A DNA stretch of 36,582 bases from Nitrospirota bacterium (lineage in GTDB: Bacteria > Nitrospirota > Nitrospiria > Nitrospirales > NS-4), in the NCBI GenBank assembly GCA_005877505.1, contig VBOO01000018.1, positions 1 to 36,582 of the forward strand, written 5' to 3'. A program made the translations under genes and the position numbers. The notes beneath the pieces were generated by a model. The model saw nothing but the letters and a program-made list of their open reading frames with translations, was not told where the DNA came from and searched no databases. Positions 1-8,921 of the stretch are shown in pieces. Numbering within the stretch: the stretch's first letter is position 1; each line of letters opens with the position of its first letter.

Positions 1-2
1 CC

Positions 3-1037
3 ATGCAGCTCCTGGCGGTCGTCGTCGGGATGTTGGGGCTCGGGGTTCCCACAGCCCTCGCGCAAGGGGCCTCGGACGCCTCCACGATTTACCGGCTCAA
101 CCCTGACAGTAACTTCCAGCGCGGCTGCTTCGCGCCGTGCATGTGTCCGATGTTCCAGAAGACCGGTGTCCGGGGGACGTTCGTTCTCACGCCCACCGGA
201 TTCGATGGGCTGTTCAACACGTACGCGGTCACCGACGTGAACTGGATCGTCGCCTCCGGCGATCATGAGCTGCGCGTGACCGGGTCCGGCACGTACAAGG
301 TCGGCTGCGAATTTGCCGTGCAGCAGGAACTCGCGCTCGATTTGAAGATCGGGGACCACCCGGTTCAACACTTCGACAGCGGGCTCGTGCCTGGCGGGGA
401 AAAGTTTCCAGCGATCAGCGTGACCATCTCGATGCACGGGCAAGTGTGTTTCGACACCGTGTTCTTCGTCGACGCCTCGCCGGTTCCCGCCGACCAGATC
501 CACCCATACAAGCTGGTGCCCGAGAGCACGTTCCAGCAGGGCTGTTTTTCTCCCTGCCTTTGCGCGCTCGGATCGCCGCAGCCCCTCAGCGGGACCTTTG
601 CCCTGGTCGACCTGCGACAGGGCCCGCTGTTCACCGAGTTTGCGGTCGTCAACGTGGATTGGCTGGTTGCCAGGGATCCGGACGCATCGGGCATTCCGGT
701 GCGCGGGGCTGGGACCTATCGCGTAGAGGGCGAATTCGCGGCGCAACAGCAGCTCAGTCTGGACTTGTATGTGGGCGATGACGGCCCGACACACTTCGAC
801 AGCGGGCTGATGGCAGGCGGAGGCGAGTTCCCACGCATCGATATTTCAGCCTCGGTTAACGGACAGCACTGCTTCGATACCGTGATCAACCTGCACGCGC
901 TTCCGTCTGATCAAACGACAGCGGTGATCGGCCGGGATCCTGCCGTGTTCAGCCAGGTCGAACCGAGTGTTAGAGGTCCTTGTAGCCTACGCTTCGAGAA
1001 ACAGCTCGCGGCCTTTTGGTCCACGGCGCCTCGGTGA
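3..1037 (+). CDS. Secreted hypothetical protein with two tandem ~135-aa beta-rich domains, each carrying a CFxPCxC motif; the 5' end may extend beyond the window
   Basis: Hydrophobic N-terminus ending ALA-Q. Internal repeat FQRGCFAPCMCP...HFDSGL...CFDTV versus FQQGCFSPCLCA...HFDSGL...CFDTV. Confidence 0.8.
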   Translation: MQLLAVVVGMLGLGVPTALAQGASDASTIYRLNPDSNFQRGCFAPCMCPMFQKTGVRGTFVLTPTGFDGLFNTYAVTDVNWIVASGDHELRVTGSGTYKVGCEFAVQQELALDLKIGDHPVQHFDSGLVPGGEKFPAISVTISMHGQVCFDTVFFVDASPVPADQIHPYKLVPESTFQQGCFSPCLCALGSPQPLSGTFALVDLRQGPLFTEFAVVNVDWLVARDPDASGIPVRGAGTYRVEGEFAAQQQLSLDLYVGDDGPTHFDSGLMAGGGEFPRIDISASVNGQHCFDTVINLHALPSDQTTAVIGRDPAVFSQVEPSVRGPCSLRFEKQLAAFWSTAPR

Positions 1038-1140
1038 CTACCGGTCGGATGCTCTTGGACGTCCCTCAGGGCGTCTCCCTATTAGATACGGGGAGGTCAC
1101 GAGAGTCGTCCTCAAAGGACGGCAGAAACGGAAGTGAAGA

Positions 1141-1200
1141 AAGTGAGGTCAGAGTCCCATTATCGAGTCAGGGATTCGAAAAGGGACTCTGACCCCATTT
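1141..1200. repeat. Palindromic REP-like element, copy 1 (GGGGTCAGAGTCCC type)
   Basis: Arms ggtcagagtccc (1147-1158) and gggactctgacc (1183-1194); near-identical to 1600-1659 including the loop. Confidence 0.9.
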
Positions 1201-1211
1201 ATGCTTACCAA

Positions 1212-1418
1212 TTACTTCGCGACTTTCCTTTCTAAGAGGGTGTCGACCTTGGATTCCAGGATATAAAGCTGCAATATAAAATACGCGAGAATGGCACCAA
1301 GCCCTGCCTGTAGCCAATCTAGCTTGGTGGCCGTCATCTCGATCCCGATGTAGCCCCAGAGCAGCAGAGTTAACGCAAGAAGAATCCCTTTAATCCAGCG
1401 CATCACATTGCCTTCCAT
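1212..1418 (-). CDS. Small membrane protein with two predicted TM helices
   Basis: SD-like AAGGAGG upstream of ATG; two hydrophobic stretches; basic C-terminus; lower GC than flanks. Confidence 0.65.
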   Translation of the reverse strand: MEGNVMRWIKGILLALTLLLWGYIGIEMTATKLDWLQAGLGAILAYFILQLYILESKVDTLLERKVAK

Positions 1419-1599
1419 CTTCCCTCCTTTTCTACTGCTGTTTCAGCCGGTCATCTAAACGCTTCATCTGTTCATCGATGTGGCCCACCGGAAATATGCC
1501 CATATTGCACCGCCAATTTCAGTATACCAGTTCGCACAGATGATGATACTACCCGCGAATCGCACCGATTGCAAGATTAATGGAAAAGTTGTAATGGAA

Positions 1600-1659
1600 A
1601 AGTGGGGTCAGAGTCCCATTATCGAGTCAGGGATTCGAAAAGGGACTCTGACCCCACTT
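1600..1659. repeat. Palindromic REP-like element, copy 2
   Basis: Perfect 18-bp inverted repeat aagtggggtcagagtccc / gggactctgaccccactt with a 24-nt loop identical to copy 1. Confidence 0.9.
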
Positions 1660-1718
1660 ACTCCCCACTTACTCCCCGTCACTTCTCGGCCCGGATCGTC
1701 AGTTGGGTGGAGAAACCG

Positions 1719-2439
1719 CTACTCGGCGTAGATCAGTAACAAGACCCCGATGAGCAGGATGCGAGCCGACCAGGCCAGCCCCCAGCTCGATCGGGCGCCC
1801 GTGACTCGGTCCCCACTCAGTGCCAGCGTCTGGAAAGGATTGTCGGCCAGCTTGCACATGCCGGCCAGAATCGCGGTCGTCCCCATCACACTGTGGTGGA
1901 TCGCGATCGCGGCGGCTGACGGGTGAGCGCTGTGACTGTGGAGAAAGAGCATGAGGCCCCCGAAAAGAGCCAAGACCGGAAGCGGCGCTCCCCACGCCGG
2001 ATGCCTGGCACGTCCCATCCGCCTGAACACCTTCACGAATCCCACGCAGAGGAGCAGGATCGCATACAGTTTGTGCTGGATCGTTTCATAGTCGTCACTG
2101 AAGAAGGTCTGGCTAAAACTGAGAGACCCGATCGGCCAGGCGTCGTAGTCGCTCCAGACCATCAGGTACCCACCGGCGGCCAGCATCGCGGCAGGTAGCA
2201 GAAGCGCAACCAGGCCAGCGCTGCGGCTCCCATCACTCCGCGCAGCTCGCTGAACCCGATCAGCAGCACGAAAAACCCGGAAGGGACCCTTCCCATTGCC
2301 CGGCAACTCCGGATGTCTCATGGGCAAGCTGCTGGGAGGGCTGGGGCGTTTCGTCATAGTGCCCGGTGAAGGCAGAGAACACCAGCACGAACAGCAACGC
2401 GCTTGCCAGACCGACTGCTTCAGAATGAAACCGTCGCAT
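1719..2439 (-). pseudogene. His-rich integral membrane protein split over three frames (pseudogene or assembly error)
   Basis: ATG 2439 gives MRRFHSEAVGLASALLFVLVFSAF...WEGS; a second frame gives GFFVLLIGFSELRGVMGAAALAWLRF; a third gives LLPAAMLAAGG...QHKLY...HSH...HH...LIYAE*. Shifts near 2280 and 2203. Confidence 0.7.
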
Positions 2440-2456
2440 GAGCTTTTCTCATCCAA

Positions 2457-3242
2457 TTACCTGAATTGTCTAGCTGCCTCAGACCAATCTTTTGGCCTGA
2501 CGGTCTTCTCTGGCCATTTCTCCTGGGACGCGACAGACGGCGCCGCCACAGCTTGCCGCTTGGTGTCCGTCAGCGCCTTCGCCTCCTCAGCGGTCTCAAC
2601 GATTCCTCCCCTGATGTTCGTCCATCCCTCTCGGTTCCAGCGATCCAGCTCCCGTGCCAAGCTCATCGGACCCGGTCTGAGCAGGATGATCGGTCCACGC
2701 GGCAGCCTGTGCATGTCCGTCCATGCGTGTAGCTCAGGCAGCTCCAGCCGGTCGCCCCCGCTCATATAGAGCAGGTAAGCCCGCCGATCAAGCTCTTTCA
2801 GGGCCTGGACAGCCCCGGCCTCGGGGGCAGGCCGTTTAGCGCCGGAGCGAGGCAAGGGGATCTCCAGGTCAGGGGACCGCGAGCGTACGACCAACGCCGT
2901 GAGGGACACGAGCACAATCGCGCGCCGGCGGTCCCAGACAAAGAGCCTGGCTGTCGCCTCGGACGCCGTGACTCTCGGACTCACCGCCAGCCCGACCGCC
3001 GCCGTGCTTACGCCAACGCGCCGCGGCACGACGGACAGCAGCGCACGCCCGTCTCCGCCGGTCATCGCCCGCCCCAGGAGCTTATTCCCTTCCTTGAAGA
3101 GCAACACTTCTCCTCCGAGCGGTGGATGCGTGAGCAGGCCGTCTTCCAGAAGATCGGCGACCAGGGTGACCTGCTGGCCGGGCGCAGCGATCGTGTCATA
3201 GGCGATCAGCAGGCCGCGCGTCTTGTCCTCAGATGATGCCAT
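2457..3242 (-). CDS. Hypothetical protein: Ig-like N-domain plus HAD/LNS2-like C-domain lacking DxD
   Basis: Start MASSEDK overlaps the upstream stop. Motifs YDTIAAPGQQVTL, LLGRAMTGGDGRA, LLYMSG, RLPRGPIIL. Fold call is recognition only. Confidence 0.6.
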   Translation of the reverse strand: MASSEDKTRGLLIAYDTIAAPGQQVTLVADLLEDGLLTHPPLGGEVLLFKEGNKLLGRAMTGGDGRALLSVVPRRVGVSTAAVGLAVSPRVTASEATARLFVWDRRRAIVLVSLTALVVRSRSPDLEIPLPRSGAKRPAPEAGAVQALKELDRRAYLLYMSGGDRLELPELHAWTDMHRLPRGPIILLRPGPMSLARELDRWNREGWTNIRGGIVETAEEAKALTDTKRQAVAAPSVASQEKWPEKTVRPKDWSEAARQFR

Positions 3243-3456
3243 GCCCGCGCCGGGCGAACGAGAAGGCGTCAAAGGCGGCGACGATCCCCAGCGACAGGAA
3301 GACCACGTCAGTGAATTCCCAGAGATTCGCCCAAGAGAGATAGAGGAGCACCGCGCTCGGCACGGCAAACCACACGCCTCGCCGGAGGCCGAGAACGAAA
3401 TGCCCGAGCCCGGCGAGCACCAGGCTCATGGCTGCCGCAAAGACCGCTCGCCCCAT
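3229..3456 (-). CDS. Small membrane protein
   Basis: Hydrophobic SLVLAGLGHFVLG...RG pattern; tightly packed between ldh and the next gene. Confidence 0.7.
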   Translation of the reverse strand: MGRAVFAAAMSLVLAGLGHFVLGLRRGVWFAVPSAVLLYLSWANLWEFTDVVFLSLGIVAAFDAFSFARRGHGII

Positions 3457-3465
3457 GATGCGATC

Positions 3466-4611
3466 TTACCGACGGACTCGCGTTCGCCCGGATTGCCCTC
3501 GTCGGGGCACGGCACGCCGGGGCACGGCGCGCCGTGCCCCTACATCCTGTTTCTTGGCTCTCGCCTCTTCGAGCCGGGCCTCCGCCAGCGCGTCGGCGGC
3601 CTGGGCCGTGGTGAGACCCTCCGCGCGCGCCTTCCTGAAGATCGCATGGAGCGTCGCCGGGATCTGACTGACGAGCCGCTCGGCCTTGGCCCGGTCATAG
3701 CCTTTGGGGGCACCCTGGAGGCCGACCAGGATGCTCATGATTCCGCCGGCGTTGACCACGTAGTCCGGCGCGTAGAGGACGCCGCGCTCCTCGAGCCGCT
3801 TGGCGTCGGACGGGTCTTCCAGTTGATTGTTGGCGGCGCCGGCGATCGCGCGACAGCGCAGCTTGGGGATCGTCTTGCGGTTGAGCACGCCGCCCAGCGC
3901 GCACGGCGAGAGGACATCGCACTCCGATTGTAATATTTCATCCGGCTCGACCCGCCAGGCCTCGAACTCGCGTCGCGCCAGCATGGCCCGCTGGGGGTTC
4001 GTATCGGCAATGATGAGCCGGGCGCCGGCCGTCGCCAGCAGTTCTCCCAACTGATAGCCGACCTTCCCGACGCCCTGAATGGCCACCGTGCGATTCCGCA
4101 TGGACGGGTCCCCGTACACTTCCTTGAGACAGGTCTCGATGGCGTAGAGCACGCCCTTCGCCGTCGGATAGGAGGGATCGCCGCTGCCGCCTTTTTTCTC
4201 CGACGTGCCGGTCACGTGCCTGGTCTCCTTGCGGACGATCTCCATATCCGCGACGGTCATGCCCACGTCTTCGGCGGTGAGATAGCGCCCGTTCAGGCCC
4301 TCGACCGCCCGCCCGAAGGCCCGCAGCAGTCCCTCGGTCTTCATGCGCCGGGGATCGCCGATGATCACGGCCTTCCCGCCGCCGAGCGGGAGCCCGGACA
4401 CCGCGGCCTTATAGGTCATGGCTTGCGCGAGCCGCAGGACGTCCTGCAACGCCTCCTCCGACGAGGCGTAGGGCCACATGCGGACTCCGCCCAGGGCCGG
4501 ACCCAGGACCGTGCTGTGGATCGCGATGATCGCGTGCAGGCCCACCGAGTCGTCCTGGCAGAACACGACCTGCTCGTGGCCGCCGCGTTGCATGTCTTTC
4601 AGCACATCCAT
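3466..4611 (-). CDS. ldh: Leu/Phe/Val dehydrogenase
   Basis: HEQVVFC, IAIHSTVLGPALGGVRM, MTYKAA, GGGKAVI, AEDVG, QGVGKVG, AGAANNQL, YAPDYVVNAGG. Likely start ATG 4611. Confidence 0.93.
   Translation of the reverse strand: MDVLKDMQRGGHEQVVFCQDDSVGLHAIIAIHSTVLGPALGGVRMWPYASSEEALQDVLRLAQAMTYKAAVSGLPLGGGKAVIIGDPRRMKTEGLLRAFGRAVEGLNGRYLTAEDVGMTVADMEIVRKETRHVTGTSEKKGGSGDPSYPTAKGVLYAIETCLKEVYGDPSMRNRTVAIQGVGKVGYQLGELLATAGARLIIADTNPQRAMLARREFEAWRVEPDEILQSECDVLSPCALGGVLNRKTIPKLRCRAIAGAANNQLEDPSDAKRLEERGVLYAPDYVVNAGGIMSILVGLQGAPKGYDRAKAERLVSQIPATLHAIFRKARAEGLTTAQAADALAEARLEEARAKKQDVGARRAVPRRAVPRRGQSGRTRVRR
3501..3543. repeat. GTAG-type REP palindrome with partial 15-nt duplication inside the ldh 3' end
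   Basis: ggggcacggcgcgccgtgcccctac matches 12814-12838 and is preceded by ggggcacggcacgcc. Confidence 0.85.
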
Positions 4612-4642
4612 TTCACGGTCACCTGAAGAGTCAGCGCGACGG

Positions 4643-4651
4643 GTTATAGCA
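4643..4651 (-). promoter_or_regulatory. Extended -10 promoter for the ldh operon
   Basis: Minus strand reads TG-C-TATAAC about 30 nt upstream of ATG 4611. Confidence 0.45.
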
Positions 4652-4707
4652 CAATTCACGAAGGGAGGACAGTGTCGCCGATGCGTGATGCAACAGGCCT
4701 GATTGGT

Positions 4708-4736
4708 TTGACAATGTCAGGGCTTCTCGGTAGACT
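4708..4736 (+). promoter_or_regulatory. Sigma70 promoter of uppS, probably leaderless
   Basis: TTGACA-17-TAGACT; ATG 6 nt after the -10; no SD. Confidence 0.7.
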
Positions 4737-4742
4737 CCCCCC

Positions 4743-5558
4743 ATGCCAAAGCTGGACGCGTCCGAGCTCGAACACCTGTCGGAGTCAGATTTGCAGTCGC
4801 TGTTGATCCCCGACCTGCTGCCCCGGCACATCGCCGTCATCATGGATGGGAACGGCCGCTGGGCCGCCCAGCGGGGGCTGCCCCGGATGGCGGGACATAC
4901 CGAAGGGATCAAATCCGTCCGGGAGATGATCACGCTCTGCCGGGACCTCGGCATCAAGGCGCTGACGATCTACGCCTTCTCGCAGGAAAACTGGAGGCGG
5001 CCCGCGTCCGAAATCAATGCGCTGATGTCGCTGCTCCAGCACTACCTCCAGGTGGAGATGGAAGCGCTCATCGAACAGGGCGCCCGCTTCCGGGCCATCG
5101 GACGCATCAACGCCCTGCCCGAATCCGCGCTGGCGTGGGTGCGCAAAGTGGAGCGGGCGACCGCGCACCTCGACACGCTCAACCTGACCGTCGCGCTGAG
5201 CTACGGCGGGCGCTCGGAAATCGTGGACGCCGTCCGCCGGCTCGCCGAGGACGTGAAGAATGACGTCGTCAAGCCGGGTCAGATCGACGAGGACCTCTTG
5301 GAAGGCTATCTCTCCACCCACGGGCTCCCCGATCCGGACCTTCTCATCCGAACGAGCGGCGAGACGCGCATCAGTAACTTCCTGCTCTGGCAACTCGCCT
5401 ACACGGAGATGTACTTCACGCCCACGCTCTGGCCGGACTTCCGCCGGCGCGAGACCCTGCTGGCCCTGCTCGACTATCAGCGGCGCGAACGGCGCTTCGG
5501 CCAGACCCGCGATCAACTCGACCACCCGGACGACCAGGTCGGTAAAAGGACCGCTTAG
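4743..5558 (+). CDS. uppS: Undecaprenyl diphosphate synthase
   Basis: PRHIAVIMDGNGRWA, YAFSQENWRRP, SYGGRSEI, PDLLIRTSGETRISNFLLWQ. Confidence 0.97.
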   Translation: MPKLDASELEHLSESDLQSLLIPDLLPRHIAVIMDGNGRWAAQRGLPRMAGHTEGIKSVREMITLCRDLGIKALTIYAFSQENWRRPASEINALMSLLQHYLQVEMEALIEQGARFRAIGRINALPESALAWVRKVERATAHLDTLNLTVALSYGGRSEIVDAVRRLAEDVKNDVVKPGQIDEDLLEGYLSTHGLPDPDLLIRTSGETRISNFLLWQLAYTEMYFTPTLWPDFRRRETLLALLDYQRRERRFGQTRDQLDHPDDQVGKRTA

Positions 5559-6361
5559 TGGATCCGCGGCGGGTCTACTCGGCCCTCGTCTTTTTTCCGC
5601 TGTTCTACCTTCTGGTACGTTTCCTGCCGCCGGTCGCCTTCTCGATCTTCGTCGCGAGCGGCATTCTCCTGGCCCAATACGAGTACTATCGCTTGCACTT
5701 CCCGCACCGATTCTCCCCGCCCGTGGGGCTTGGCCTTCTCTCCGGGCTCCTGATCACCATTGGGTTCGCAGTCCCCGGCCTGCTGCCCGAGCCGGCGACC
5801 ATCACCTTCATCGTCATGGCGATTCTGCTGAGCCACGTGCTCTCGGGCCGCGACCTCAAAACCGGGCTTCTCGACACCGCTGTCGTTGTGTTCGGGGCTT
5901 TCTATGTGGCGTGGCTTCTCGGCCATCTGATCCTGATTGACCGGCTTGCCAATGGTCCGCTGCTGATCTTCTTCCTCTTCCTGGTGACGTGGGCCAACGA
6001 TACAGCCGCATATTACGTGGGCACCCTGCTGGGGCGACATCCCCTGGCGCCGGTGATCAGTCCGAAGAAGACCTGGGAGGGTGCGATCGGCGGCCTGCTC
6101 GGGTCGGTGGCGGCCGCGTTCGCATGCCGTGCGTGGTTCCTGGCGTCACTGAGTATGAGCGAAACCTTCTGGTTGGGGCTCTTGCTCGGCCTCGCGGCAC
6201 CGCTCGGCGATCTCTGCGAATCCGCCTTGAAGCGCGGCGCCGGCGTCAAGGATTCCGGCAGGATCATCCCCGGTCACGGAGGCATACTGGACCGCGTGGA
6301 CAGCTTGATCTTTACGACTCCGGTTCTCTACTATGGCCTCCTCGCGATGCGACCTTTCTGA
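5558..6361 (+). CDS. cdsA: Phosphatidate cytidylyltransferase
   Basis: DTAAYYVG, ISPKKTWEG, GDLCESALKR...KDSG.IIPGHGGILDRVDS; synteny with uppS. Confidence 0.96.
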   Translation: MDPRRVYSALVFFPLFYLLVRFLPPVAFSIFVASGILLAQYEYYRLHFPHRFSPPVGLGLLSGLLITIGFAVPGLLPEPATITFIVMAILLSHVLSGRDLKTGLLDTAVVVFGAFYVAWLLGHLILIDRLANGPLLIFFLFLVTWANDTAAYYVGTLLGRHPLAPVISPKKTWEGAIGGLLGSVAAAFACRAWFLASLSMSETFWLGLLLGLAAPLGDLCESALKRGAGVKDSGRIIPGHGGILDRVDSLIFTTPVLYYGLLAMRPF

Positions 6362-6372
6362 GGAATCAGCGC

Positions 6373-7548
6373 ATGAAGCGGATCGTCATTCTGGGTTCCA
6401 CCGGGTCCATCGGCACCAACACCCTGGACATCATCGGCAAGTTCCCTGAGAAGTTCCAGGCGGTCGGCCTCACAGCCAACGGCAACGTGGACAAGCTCGA
6501 AGAGCAGGTCCGGACATTTTCCCCGGCCGTCGTCGCCATGGCGGACCGAACCGCCGCGGAGCGCCTGCGCGCGCGGTGCAAGGGTCTGAGGACGACGATC
6601 CTGAGCGGGACGGACGGGCTCCTGCAGACTGCCACGCTGGCGGAGGCTGACCTTGTCATCTCGGCCATCGTCGGCGGCGCCGGGCTCATGCCCACGATTG
6701 CGGCGATCACGGCCGGCAAGTTCATCGCCCTGGCGAACAAAGAGCCGATGGTGATGGCGGGGCGCCTCATGCAGGAGGAGGCCCGCAAGCGCGGCGTCCG
6801 GATCTTCCCCGTGGACAGCGAGCACAGCGCGCTGTTCCAGTCCATGGAAGGACACCGCGTACAGGACATCCGCCGGCTCATCCTCACCGCTTCGGGCGGC
6901 CCGTTCTGGAACCTGACCCGGGAGCAACTGCGCGACGTCACAGTCGAGCAGGCCCTCAAGCATCCGAACTGGAAGATGGGCGACAAGATCACCATCGACT
7001 CGGCGACCCTAATGAACAAGGGCCTGGAGGTTGTGGAGGCCCGGTGGCTGTTCGACATCCCCGCTTCGAAGATCGAGGTGGTGGTCCACCGCGAGAGCAT
7101 CATCCACTCGCTCGTCGAGTACGCGGACCGCTCGGTGATCGCCCAGCTCGGCCTTCCGGACATGCGGACCCCGATCGCCTATGCGATGAACTATCCGGAG
7201 CGCGTCCCGCTGGACCTCCCGTCTCTGAACCTGGCCCAGATCGGCGCGCTCACGTTCTTCAACCCCGATCATGACCGGTTCCCCTGTCTCCAGCTCGGTT
7301 ACGACGCCCTGCGGGTCGGGGGCACGATGCCCGCCGCCATGAACGCCGCCAATGAAGTGGCCGTGCATGCCTTCCTGGACCGCCGGATCGGCTTCCTCGG
7401 CATCGCCGAAACCATCCGCCGGACCATGGACGCGCACACCCCAGTCGAGGTCTCGACGATCGAAGACGCGCTGCACACGGACGCCTGGGCGCGCGCGAAA
7501 GCCGTCGAGGTCGTGAACTCGCTCGCGGTGACGGCTCCGGTGACGTAA
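6373..7548 (+). CDS. dxr: 1-deoxy-D-xylulose 5-phosphate reductoisomerase
   Basis: ILGSTGSIG, LANKE, PVDSEHSA, LTASGGPF, HPNWKMG.KITIDSATLMNKGLE, NAANE. Confidence 0.97.
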   Translation: MKRIVILGSTGSIGTNTLDIIGKFPEKFQAVGLTANGNVDKLEEQVRTFSPAVVAMADRTAAERLRARCKGLRTTILSGTDGLLQTATLAEADLVISAIVGGAGLMPTIAAITAGKFIALANKEPMVMAGRLMQEEARKRGVRIFPVDSEHSALFQSMEGHRVQDIRRLILTASGGPFWNLTREQLRDVTVEQALKHPNWKMGDKITIDSATLMNKGLEVVEARWLFDIPASKIEVVVHRESIIHSLVEYADRSVIAQLGLPDMRTPIAYAMNYPERVPLDLPSLNLAQIGALTFFNPDHDRFPCLQLGYDALRVGGTMPAAMNAANEVAVHAFLDRRIGFLGIAETIRRTMDAHTPVEVSTIEDALHTDAWARAKAVEVVNSLAVTAPVT

Positions 7549-7604
7549 TCGTGTCCGCCTCTGTGGTAGACTAGGAAGCACACTCGCAAGAGAGCACGAC
7601 GCGC

Positions 7605-8708
7605 ATGCAAGCCTTCCAGCACTACGGCTTCTACACGCTCGCCTTCGTGATCGCCCTTGGCGCCCTCGTCGCCTTCCACGAATTCGGCCACTTTTGGGTC
7701 GCCCGGCGCTGTCGGGTCAAGGTCCTGAAATTCTCCATCGGCTTCGGGCCGAAGCTGGTTGGCCGCCAGATCGGCGAGACCGAGTACGTCATTTCCGCAG
7801 TCCCGCTTGGCGGCTACGTGAAGATGCTGGGAGAGGACCTCGGCGAGGAGGTGAGCGAGGAGGACAAGCTGCGGTCGTTCGCCCACGCGCCGCTCCTCAA
7901 GCGCGCGGCCATCGTCGCGGCCGGTCCGGTCTTCAATCTCCTGTTGGCCTACCTCATCTTTACCGCGTGGCTGGCGACCGGCGAGCCGCTGTTCGTACCC
8001 TCCTTCGCCGACTTGGCCTCCACCGTAGAATCGGTCGTGCCCGGTTCCCCCGCCGAGGCCGCCGGCCTGCGCAAAGGCGACAAGATCGTCCAGATCGGCC
8101 ACAAGCGCATCGCCACCTGGAACGAGATGACGGATATCGTCAAGCGGAACCCCGGCTCGCCGCTGCCACTCGTCGTCGAGCGAGACGGGCGGACCGAGAC
8201 CCTGACGATCACGCCAGCAGCGCGGAAGGAGAAGCTGGCCGACGGGACTGAGATCGAAATCGGGCAGATCGGCATCACCAAGTCGAACAGGGCCGCCCTC
8301 CGGAGCGAACACGTCTTGATGGCGCCGGTGGACGGCTTCGAGGCCACCTGGGGCTGGACCAAGCTGACCGTGGTGGGCATCGCTAAGATGATCACCCGTG
8401 AGATCTCGACCGACAACATCGGCGGTCCGCTGACCATCGCCAAGATCTCCGGGGACGCCGCGACGCAGGGATTCTCGAACTACGTCTTCCTCCTCGCCAT
8501 CCTCAGCATCAACCTCGGTGTGCTCAACCTCCTGCCGATCCCGGTCCTCGACGGCGGGCATCTGGCGTTCTTCGCAATCGAAGCGGTCAAGCGCCGGCCC
8601 CTGAGCATCCGCAGCCGCGAGTTGGCCCAGCAGGTTGGGCTCTTTCTCCTGATCTGCCTGATGCTCTACGCCTTCCGAAACGACATCCTCAACCTCTGGC
8701 CACGGTAA
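7605..8708 (+). CDS. rseP: RIP metalloprotease RseP
   Basis: HEFGH, FSIGFG, PLGGYVKM, AGP..N, one PDZ domain, NLLPIPVLDGG. Confidence 0.95.
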   Translation: MQAFQHYGFYTLAFVIALGALVAFHEFGHFWVARRCRVKVLKFSIGFGPKLVGRQIGETEYVISAVPLGGYVKMLGEDLGEEVSEEDKLRSFAHAPLLKRAAIVAAGPVFNLLLAYLIFTAWLATGEPLFVPSFADLASTVESVVPGSPAEAAGLRKGDKIVQIGHKRIATWNEMTDIVKRNPGSPLPLVVERDGRTETLTITPAARKEKLADGTEIEIGQIGITKSNRAALRSEHVLMAPVDGFEATWGWTKLTVVGIAKMITREISTDNIGGPLTIAKISGDAATQGFSNYVFLLAILSINLGVLNLLPIPVLDGGHLAFFAIEAVKRRPLSIRSRELAQQVGLFLLICLMLYAFRNDILNLWPR

Positions 8709-8919
8709 GCCCGGGGTATCCATGAATATCTACTCCGGCCGCCGATTCTCTCGCCCGGCGGCGCTTTTCTCGCTCGGTCTCCTCGACGTACTGCTACGAG
8801 TACGCCTGCGTCGCCCTCGCTTGCGAGAAGCCCATGACCCGTTGCATCTTGGGGAGCAACAGGTGCCCCGCTTCGGCCTCAACTGCCTCGCTACGACATC
8901 CATGAATACTCCGGGCTTA
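8706..8919. mobile_element. MITE-like element filling the rseP-proS intergenic space
   Basis: Terminal inverted repeats taagcccggggtatccatgaatat (8706-8729) and acatccatgaatactccgggctta (8896-8919), 20/24 match; internal hairpins. Confidence 0.7.
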
Positions 8920-8921
8920 TT

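Noticed and set aside
1141-1659. CRISPR array
   Set aside because: Only two repeats, 60 bp long and about 400 bp apart; no cas genes.
1480-1731. 83-aa ORF
   Set aside because: Runs through the palindrome and tandem duplications; no SD or protein-like features.
5989-6372. N-terminal extensions in the ORF track (dxr; likewise rpiA, dut, SDR, MBL hydrolase)
   Set aside because: Overlap neighbouring genes; downstream starts match family N-termini and coupling.
8709-8921. T-box riboswitch upstream of proS
   Set aside because: No GGTGGxACC T-box motif or U-tract terminator; terminal inverted repeats explain it better.
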